Below are positions 54,527 to 64,000 of a DNA stretch of 64,000 nucleotides, piece after piece. The DNA is taken from NCBI RefSeq assembly GCF_009914755.1, contig NC_060936.1; one strand, written 5' to 3'. Origin of the DNA: the human T2T-CHM13v2.0 reference genome, Homo sapiens. The stretch's first letter is position 1. Each line of letters starts with the position of its first letter. The position numbers were made by a program, and so were the translations under genes. Below the pieces are notes generated by a model. That model worked only from the letters and a program-made list of their open reading frames with translations. It was not told the DNA's origin and searched no databases.

Positions 54527-55169
54527 TGATAGATCTCCGATGAGTGGAGGAACACCAGGTTTCTCCGTCTCACACTGAATTGGATAAAACGACATGGACA
54601 CATGTGGAGTGGTTTTAAGGAGCAAAAAGTTTAACAGGCAAGACAGAAGGAAGGAAGAAGAAAACAGCTCCCCCTTAAGAGACAGTGGGAGGGGGTACTT
54701 GAACAAAGAGAAAACCCGTGTGTGGAACAAAAGTGGCTGCTTATATGAGGACGTTGGAGGAGGTGGTGTCTGATTTGCATAGGGCTCAGGGGATTGGTTT
54801 GACCAGGTATGTCACTCATGTAGCCCGTGAAAAACCTGGCCTTCCCACCCTAGCCTTTTAATATGCAAATGAAGGACGCCATGATGTTCTACACACATGG
54901 GGTTATGTGGAGGCAGCCATGTTGCCAGGCACATGTGAGGGCAAGGGCAAGAAGAAGGCAGTGGGAATCGCCACGTATGGGTGGACCCAGTTTCTAATAG
55001 TCGGCATTTGCATATCAAAGGTTGCCCCCCCCCCCCCGCTCCCCCACCAAGAGCTGGGGCTTTCCTGCTAGACAAGAAATTTTCTGAGGCTGCTTTAAAA
55101 GAAACGAAAACTTCCCAAGGACCCCTTTTCCTATCTGGCTAAAATAATTTCTTAATAACTCCTATAACA
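54527..55169 (-). mobile_element. LTR9-family (LTR9B-like) ERV1 solo LTR, full length 643 bp
   Basis: TG...CA termini, 4-bp TSD GTAC (54523-54526, 55170-55173), GAGTGGAGGAACACCAGG and CTTAATAACTCCTATAACA ends. Confidence 0.85.
55006..55020 (-). promoter_or_regulatory. SOX-OCT composite motif CTTTGATATGCAAAT; further octamers at 54773-54780 and 54863-54870
   Basis: Exact octamer ATGCAAAT with an adjacent HMG-type CTTTGA; activity not shown. Confidence 0.6.
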
Positions 55170-57170
55170 GTACCTGCCAGCTTAATGCTTGACCTCAAGG
55201 AGTTGGGATGATAGCCAAAGAGTCTAGGCTTAAGGAACTAAACTTGACCTCTGACTTGGCTGCTTGGTCCTGTGCAACCTTGGGCAAGTCGACTCGCCTC
55301 TCTGGTCCTTGGTTTGTTCATAACAAAATGAGGACCATAGTTTTGCTCTACTGACCTCACCGAATGTTTCAGTGGATAAATAATAGTACTGATGGCTAAG
55401 AACAACTTCATGCTCTCTTTCGACCTGCACCTTGCATGCATCATCTTGTTAAATATACACAGAAAACTTTTTAGGCATGTATTCATCTGATCCTCATTTT
55501 GTGGACAGGAAAACTGGTCCAGAGAGATGATGTCGCTTGTCTGAGGTCACCTGGCTTGCAAAGATTAAATTTAAACTTAGAGCTCATCCCAGTCGCCAGA
55601 GACTTATGTTACTAATCAAATTCCAACATGATGCTAGACGGAAAAAATGCTGCAAGGAACAGACTTCTGGGGAAGAAATTACGGGCTGGCTGGGGAAGCT
55701 GGACATGTGGGGTGTGGCCAATAGCTGGAACTTGGTATTGATTGCAGGGTGGGTGTGCATGCGGAGGGAGTTTAGAGGAACAAGGTGGTTGAGGACAAGG
55801 GGTGGAGAGAGAAACAAGCATGACTGAAGAAGACTGGCAGAGAGGGAGAAGGGAGAGGCATGGCAACGTCCAGAAGAAATGGAAATCTAGGGAAGGCAGA
55901 GACACCAGAAGGGGATTTTTAGGGAGCTTTGCTCTTGGATATGCTTTGTAATCTCCACTCTCTGGGCCCCATTAAACCATCAGTAAAATCCAGAGTTTTT
56001 TGTCAATGCCTTCAGAAGTGCATCCAAGTTTACTTTGGGGATTTAACAGCTTAAGAGACTGATCATGGGGTGAGCAGAGCCCAAGAAGCAGCTCAAGGCT
56101 AAGGGCCACACCCACTCTCCTTCCCCAGCCTCCTCGGCCTGCGCCTACGTTGGGGCCCAAAGCTGTCCCAGGGATCCCCAAGGCTGCAGCTTCCATGTGC
56201 CTCACTTTGGGGCCACAGAGGAGACAGCTTTTTACAGGCGGTAACCATGCAAGGTGTAGGAGTCTGGCTAGATCCTGGGAGAGATAACTTCTCGAATATA
56301 TGTTAGTGCTTTAAATCGAGGCAGAATCATCCTTCTCTCTCCTTCCCCTCCTTTCTACCTCATTTTTTCTTTCTCTTTTTCTCATTTCTCTCCTTTCTCT
56401 CTCTCTCCTTCCGTATTCCCTTGTTGCTCATCCAGCCCTCCCTCCATGTTCCAGGGCTGCAGGTTCAACCTCTATGTGCAAGTTACTGTGCTCTGCCCAG
56501 GACGCAGGGACGAGTGGCATCAATGTCCTGTGTTCTCTCACACATTTTTTATCTACCCTAGCTGGGCAACAGGGCTAGGAGCTGGAGATTTTACATATAT
56601 CTCTCACAGCGCCTGGTCCCTGCTCCCCAAGTACCCAAATCCAGTGGGGAGACAAGCATGTGAGCCAATCCCCAAAATACTCACCCCTCCAGATTCAACT
56701 CCCCAGGGCAACAAGATTCTTACGAAGTTTCTTTTGTTTTCTCATTTAGTAAAATGCAGTTTTCACCTTTCACTGCCAGACTTAGTTTGTAAGCATCTTT
56801 TCCATATTGCTACACAATCTTCATCCTCATTACTTTAATGGCCACATCATATGACACTAAGTAGCCTAATTTACATAATTGGCCTCCTGTTGTTGGACAT
56901 TAGGTAGTTTCTAGTCTTTTTTTCATCTTTATAGTTTTAAAAGTATTAACTTTTTAGAGCCTGCCCTTTCTAGAGGATCATGGGTCCAATTTTAAATGAG
57001 AGAATGGAGGCATGGGTAGAAGGTTTGTGGCTTCCTGCCCTTTTCCCACCCCTGGTGCCACTGTGACTATATAGCATGGCTTGGTGGAGAGTACCTGCTG
57101 GCCCCTGTTCTAGGACCCATCACATTGCCTTAGAACTCTCCATGAAAGTGTCATCTCCATCACCTGTGAC

Positions 57171-57308
57171 CTTTTTTCTTCTTTTCTTTTGTTAGAGACA
57201 GGGTCTCGCTATGTTGCCCAGGCTGATCTCTAACTCCTGGGCTCAAGAGATTCCCCCGCCTCAGCCTCCGGTGTAGCTGGGAGTACAGGTGCACATCACC
57301 ATGCCTGG
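57171..57308 (-). mobile_element. FLAM (free left Alu monomer)
   Basis: AGAGACAGGGTCTCGCTATGTTGCCCAGGCTG...CCATGCCTGGC, single monomer. Confidence 0.88.
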
Positions 57309-58566
57309 CAAGACTGTGTCTTTTCAATGGCCTTTTCATCTCTATGTCCCCAGTGCCTGATACAGGGAAGCCCTCTCAGAAATGAAGGGAAGGAAATAAA
57401 GAAAAGGAGGAATAAAGCCAGGGAATGGTTTCCTTTCTCATTCAGGCCACCTCTCATTACTAGGGCCTGAGACTGCTGAAGGGCATTAGTGACTGAACAT
57501 GTTGACATTGTGTAATTTATTAGCCTGAACTGTTCAAATTATGCCTTCCCCCCAGGACTTGCCCGCAATGAAAGCAGATTTTATCCCGGGGCCCTGAATA
57601 AATACTCAGAGAAACAGAAACCTCATGAATTTTTTAAAGAGCTTATTGAAATCAGGGAAAAACCTGGCGTTCTGAGTCAGAAGTATCCAGTACATCAGCA
57701 TTCGTTTCTCTTTACCCTCTTTAATCTTTTTTAATCCCCTTGCTTTCCAGTATTAATCTGTGCTTCTCCCCCCGAATTCCCCTCCATTTTGGATCATCCA
57801 GAGAAAAATAACCCACCCACAAGACTCCCACCTCCATCTCCCATCATACTGGCAGGACTGGGGAATGTTGCCCAGCCCCTGTCAAAGGACAGGTCCTGGA
57901 ACTCCAGAGGTGCCAAGACCCTGTCCCCTGCCTGCACCTGTTTGGGGGTGAGATTAGAGGTGTTGGGATCGTAATGCTGAAGCTCTCGTGTCCTCTTGAG
58001 AAGAAAAGCTTCCTGGCTATGAGCGACACCTGAGCTTGTCAACCCCCAAATGTCAGCCTTGCCGAAAGTTAAGCGGTTTACAAGGTCTTGCTGAGAAATT
58101 CTGTTTACTGGAAGCTAATAGAAGGTCAGCATTTTCCATTTTGATTTTTTTTCCTTCCCACTGCCTAGGGTCTCAGTAATGTTCCCTTTCTCTGGCATTT
58201 TGACACAGTTCCTATAAATTCTGGCAAGGTAGCTAAACACTTTGACTGTATGCTCCCCACAAGCCTAGGAAATACGGGTTGTTGTTATTTCCATTTTATA
58301 CACAAGGAAACTGAAGCTTGAACAGAGAGGGGTCCTTTGCCCAAAGTCATACACAGCAGCTGATCGAAGTGGCTTCAGGACTTATGTCTGTCTGAATCTG
58401 GAGGTCATGAGTCAGTGTGCTATGATTTATTCATTTCTTCTTCTGCTTGGCAAGCCAAGAATGACTCCTCCCCTGCCTCAGGTTCCCCCCTTCCAGTGAC
58501 TTTTAGAATTGATGTAAACAGCCTGAGTTCTACCTTCCATCTCTGGTTTCCTTCAATTTCCTAGGT

Positions 58567-58780
58567 TAGAGGTGAGCAAACTATGGTCTAAATTTGTCCC
58601 ACTGCCAGTTTATGTAAATAAAGTTTTATTGGAACACAGCCATGCTCATTCATTTACATATTGTCTGTGCTTGCTTTCATGGTACAACAGCACAGTTGTG
58701 TAGCAAAACAGACACCACATGGACCACAAAACCTGCAATACTTACAATCTGGCTCTTAAAGACAAATTTTCTGACCCCTG
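58567..58780 (+). mobile_element. MER58A hAT-Charlie DNA transposon
   Basis: GTAAATAAAGTTTTATTGGAACACAGCCATGCTCATTCATTTACATATTGTCT...TGACCCCTG. Confidence 0.9.
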
Positions 58781-59888
58781 GAATCTAGGATAATCATTGC
58801 CCATTATCCCAGAATCTAAGGTAATGGATGATAACAACAACAGTAATAAGAATAGATCACATTTATTGAGGGTTATGTGATCTGTAAGAATAGATTATGT
58901 TTCTTGAGTGCTAGTTGCTTTCTGTGGAATATCTCATGGAATCCTTCAACAATAGGTCTGGCAGTGCTCAGAGAGGTGAGCCATTTCCCCACAGTCACAG
59001 AGCTAGAAAGAAGGGAATCTGGGACTTAAACCTGGAGCTCACTAACGAATAAATTCCAAAGTGCTCTATACTACTAAGGGCATAATGTTCACATACATTG
59101 TCTACCCAGTATCTGGCATTTGTGTTACCTGTTGGGATGGCAAGTGATACAAAATGAGTAAAGAAACATCTCTGTTTGTGGGAAACTGTGGGCTTGTGGG
59201 AAAGTCAGCCCTCCATGTAGACCAGCATCGAGATGGCTGTCACAGACAACCAAGAGCCCAGAGGAGGGGATTGGGAAAGAGGGCTCCGAGGTGACCCATC
59301 ACACCCTTAATGGTGAACAGAAATGTCGTAATTGAGATGGAACAGAGAGGCGCATCCCAGGCCACAGGAACAAGTTAAGCAAAAGCTTAGAGCAAAGCAA
59401 TTTTCATATGCCTGAGTTTAGAGTGAACGGAGGGGTAGGAGAGGATGAAGTGTTGACAGAAATAACAATAGCGGTTTGTTTGGAGTCAGGTGAGAAGAGT
59501 CTTGGATGTGAGGCTGAGAACTTTGGAATGTATTTCCTTCCCTTATCTAGAAAGAACCTCGGGTTTCTCATGGCATCCCATTTATTTCTGGTAAGCAGTA
59601 GGTCCTCAATAAATGCCTTTAAGAACAGAATGGCATCCCCCAGTAAGAGGGAGTGAGTCTCCTCTTGGCTTCTTCTACAGGATGCTCACACAGCAGCAGA
59701 TGCTGAGACCTGTCCAGGTGACAGTGACCCATCTGCCTGGGACCACTTCTAGACCTTCTGTAGAGTTACGAATTTGGGGTCAGCTCAATGGGTCTCTGGA
59801 GAGGGGTTTTCCAGAAGAGGCTTCTATTTTTCTGTCTATACACAGACGGCAGAGCAGCGGTCTTGTGCCCTTAAGGAACTACACTTCT

Positions 59889-60258
<370 letters not shown>

Positions 60259-60927
60259 TAGCCTTTGGGGCTCTTCAAATCCCAGCTCTGCAGATTTCGG
60301 ATTGTATGACCTTGGACAAGTCCTCTAATTTCACAGAGCCTCAGCTTTCTCACCTCTAAAATAGAGATAATTATTCCTGTCTTATGATAAAGCCAACTTT
60401 ATTTATTTATTTATTTATTTAACAGTCCTGTGGATCATCTGGGGATGGCTCTGCAGGTTAGGAAAGACCCTACTCCCTTTATCTTTCATTCTGGAGCTAG
60501 TGGCCTTGCAGGATGTGCCCTTCTAAAGGAAGGGAAGAGAAATCTCAAGACAGCACGTGAAAACACAGGCAAAACTGTGTAAGGCTTAAGCTCAGAAGTG
60601 GCCCAGAGTTACTTCAGCATTTCTAAACATTTACTGTTGGCTAACACACGTTGTATGGTCCAGCCCAGTATCAATGGGATAGGAAGGTACACTCCACCCA
60701 CAGTGAAATGTACTAAGAGTGGAGAAGGAAAAAAATTGTGAGCAAATTGTACCCCTACCACAATTGCCAAAACTCACAGCATGACTGTGGGCCATATGAT
60801 CCCATTTTCTGCCCAACATTGCCTTCTATGTTTCTCAAGGTTTATCATGTCATTGAAACCCTACCTTATAGGTGGATAAACCGAGGTTTGAGCGCCTTCC
60901 CATGGTTTGTCTCCAACCACAGAGGGT

Positions 60928-61296
60928 TGCCAAAATTAGGTTGGCTATTTACTCTGGACAGCCGTGTCTGTTATTAACCATACTCGTAGTGGTGGGGATG
61001 CTGTATCTCTCCTTTCATTTGGGTTCTAACCGGTAGCCTTCAGCATGAATTCCCAGAGGGAGACTAATTTACTGGGGGAATGTGAAGACAGCCACTGTCC
61101 TCTCCCACTGTGCCTCCAATGTGAGGCAAAATAACCAAACAGCCCCTATCTTGGATAGAGACCACCAAAATTCCAGTTAGAGGTAGTCAACCCTGCCCAT
61201 TTTAATTCCTCTGGCTGAAATGTTTATTCTCCCACTGCCAAAACTAAGTTGGCTATTTATTCTGAACAACCATGTCTGTTATTAACCATACTCATA
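60928..61296 (+). repeat. 61-bp direct repeat (60928-60988, 61236-61296) around a 247-bp spacer
   Basis: 54/61 identical, ungapped. Confidence 0.92.
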
Positions 61297-61799
61297 AAAA
61301 GGGCTTCCAAAATTATCTCAATACTAGGGACAACTCATTTAGGACACTAGCAGCAACACCACCACTGACAAAATCAGTAAGTGAGCCATGTGGTGTCCAC
61401 CCTAACCCAAGGGAGTCTGTTGACAAGTTGATGAGTATATTTGGACATAGATAACTTGGGCTTGGCCCAGATTCACTCATCTCTTCAGTAGAGCTTTCCA
61501 GAGAGTTCAAATTATTTCCTAATTTGTTCCAGATCCACCATCTTTTGTGGCTTCATTTGGGCATTGAGGTCATCCAGAGATTATTGAGTTGGGCAATGGA
61601 GAAAGCAATGAGAGGAAAGAAATTCTTCATTCATTCATTCACTCACTCATACCCTCACTCACTAGTTGCGGAGTGTTTCCAGTGTCCTAGATTCAAAGTT
61701 GAAAAAAAAAAAAAAGCAGAAGTCCCACTGGGCTTGCCATTTAGCACACCAGATCCTTCTTAAATGCATTGTTTCAAAATAAATAGTTGGCTTCTCGTC

Positions 61800-62255
61800 A
61801 GACATTGCACTGCAGATGATTGGTTCCAGCTAATCACAGCAATACTATTCCCCTTGCCAATGATTGGTTTAAGGGTTAGCATGTGACCTGGTTCTGTCCA
61901 ATGAGAGGTGAGAGAAAATTTGTTAGGGGCTTTTGGGAAACTTGCCATTACTAAGAAGAAGGCGTAAGAAGGGAGGGATACTCTTTACTGCTTGTAGCTA
62001 TGTATTAATAAATGTGACACCTGCAATTCAGACAGCCATCTTACTATATGCCAGAAAAGGAAGCTAACTCTGAAGATAGCAGTATTGAAAGATGAGGGAG
62101 CTACATCTTCCTTGACATCGTTGTGCTGCTAAATCTATACCCCAAAGGGGACTCTGCCTGGTGGACCTCCTGTTATGCAAGATGATAGATTCTGTCAATG
62201 TTTTGGCCAGTGCGTGTTGGGGTTTCTTTTACCTGTACCCCAAAGCATCCTAATG
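61800..62255 (+). mobile_element. MLT1J/L-like MaLR LTR
   Basis: TGATTGGTTTAAGGG...CATGTGACCTGGTTCTGTCCAATGAGA...AAAGCATCCTAA. Confidence 0.7.
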
Positions 62256-63035
62256 GGTGCAGCGCTATTACTGTGGAACCCTGATTTATCTCTGAAGGAG
62301 CAGGTGGACAGAGCACTGGATTAACTTGTTTAGAATCACACAGCTGGGAAATGACTGATTAGGCTGTGAGCCCAGGACTCTGCCTTCAGTCCACCTCCCT
62401 CCCCAGGGGTGACTTACAGCTAGCCTCTAAGAATGAGCAGCCAGAAAATAACAGTTACTGAGTACTATCTAGTTTTTGGGCAGTGCTGGGTGCTGAGTGG
62501 TCGGGAGCTGATGCATAAAGAAAGAGAAGACGGTGAAGATCTTGATGGAACACAACGTGGCAGCTGGGATTGAGGGATCATGCATGTGGGCTCTGGGCTA
62601 AAGTCCCTGCCCCATCTGCCCACACTCTTCATAACCCACACCTGCTTTACCTGGGGTAATCCTGTACAGTGGAGGACACTTCCGGTTTGGATTCGGGTAG
62701 ACCTGGTCCAAATCCTGTCTCGGTTACTTCCTAGGTGTGCGGGGTTGGGCATGTCCTGTCACCCTTCTTGGCTTTGGTCAACTCATGCTGGGTCACAGTC
62801 AGGAGCAGACATGCGGCGTGACATTGCCGGACACCTAGAAGGTGCTGAATGAAGGATGACTGTGGGCACAATCATGACAGTTAGGACTATCCAGAAACCT
62901 GAGAGTCATATGGCAGGAGGGCTAATCTTAGTCCCTGCTCTGCTATGATGGGTTGTGTGACCTCAAGCAATTCCTGCCTTCTCTGGGCCATTCGCTTATG
63001 CCCCTGATCCTCGGAAATTGTGGGATTGGGCTTGA

Positions 63036-63255
63036 TAGCCATTTTCAAACTCTGTTCCATGGAGATCTAGAGATTCCTTGGCTGTATAATGAGGATAGGG
63101 ACACAGGAGGAGAGACTGAAACCATCCCCTCCACACCCAACCTCATCTTCAACCATAGCAGCTCTTTGCTATTTCTTTCATGAGTCTAGGACTTTCTGTA
63201 CGATGTTATTTGGAGAGAGATTCTGCTGCTATATATATGCAACTTGAAAACCCTC
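63036..63255 (+). mobile_element. MER103C-like hAT-Charlie DNA transposon
   Basis: TTTTCAAACTCTGTTCCATGGAG...TTCAACCATAGCAGCTC...TTGAAAACC. Confidence 0.7.
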
Positions 63256-64000
63256 TAGATAGATCTCTACATTCCTTCTAGTTATTTAGTAGTTAATAGC
63301 ATAAGCTTTGGTGTTCATTGCATCCAGATTTGAATGATGACTCTGCCGTTTATTATGTGTTAACTTGGGCAAGCCGATAACTTCCTGGCTCACAGTCTCC
63401 ACATCTACCAGCCATTCAGGAGAACGTCCTTTCCCCTCATCTCCACCAGCAGGAGGTGTTAGAACTCTTTTTAATTTTTGTCAGTTCAATGGGTATAGAA
63501 TAATATTTCATTGTTACTTTAGTTTGCACTTGTCTAACTTCTAGAGAATTGGAGCATCTTTTCCTCTGATTCTTGGCCATTTTGATTTCTTCCATAAATT
63601 CCTATTCTTTGCCCATTTTCTGTGGGGCCATTTGTCATTTTTCTGGTCTGTTTGTGAGAACTCTTTGACATCATATGGACATTATACTAATATAGCATGG
63701 ATTTTATCTTTCACCTGCATTACAGTTTTTTTAAGAACCATCTTTTGTTCCTTTTAAAATGTTGCTATAATGGTATTACTGCACTGTCACGTGAGGATTA
63801 GATAGCCTAATGTATATAAGCACATAGTAGAAATCCTGGTAATTTCAATACAGCATTTCTATTATTTACAGGCTTTGAGTGTGGGTACATGGTTCTGGAG
63901 TTACCTGAATGTGTGTTGTTGATGGAGTTAGTTAAAATGACAGTGCCAGGCAAGGAGGTACTTGTGATCTATAATGTAAACACCTAGGAGAAGGGGAAAA

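Noticed and set aside
55025-55047. C-run as a G-quadruplex regulatory element
   Set aside because: A homopolymer expansion inside the LTR; no evidence of function from sequence alone.

Overview
This is mammalian, almost certainly primate (human-like), non-coding genomic DNA, either intergenic or deep intronic. It contains AluJ/S/Y elements, L1PA/PB/M remnants, L2, roughly 40 MIR fragments, MaLR/ERVL/ERV1 solo LTRs and old DNA transposons. I find no supportable protein-coding gene, tRNA/rRNA gene, CRISPR array or prokaryotic system. The supplied ORFs look like chance, repeat-derived or microsatellite-derived frames. I do not see a convincing new multi-gene biological system. The best unexplained structure is mutational and regulatory. 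(1) Several locally templated insertions or duplications: a 179-bp copy 3.8 kb from its source, a 119-bp copy flanked by a ~65-bp duplication, a 61-bp direct repeat around a 247-bp spacer, and a short self-copied patchwork. (2) Three retrotransposon insertions at the same motif in two MER33 copies, one with a probable L1 3' transduction. (3) A twin-primed inverted L1PB. (4) An intact LTR9-type solo LTR with three octamers, including an OCT-SOX composite. (5) A candidate minus-strand exon and several enhancer-like unique segments. Repeat subfamily names come from recalled consensus sequences, not from a RepeatMasker run, and old-element boundaries are approximate.
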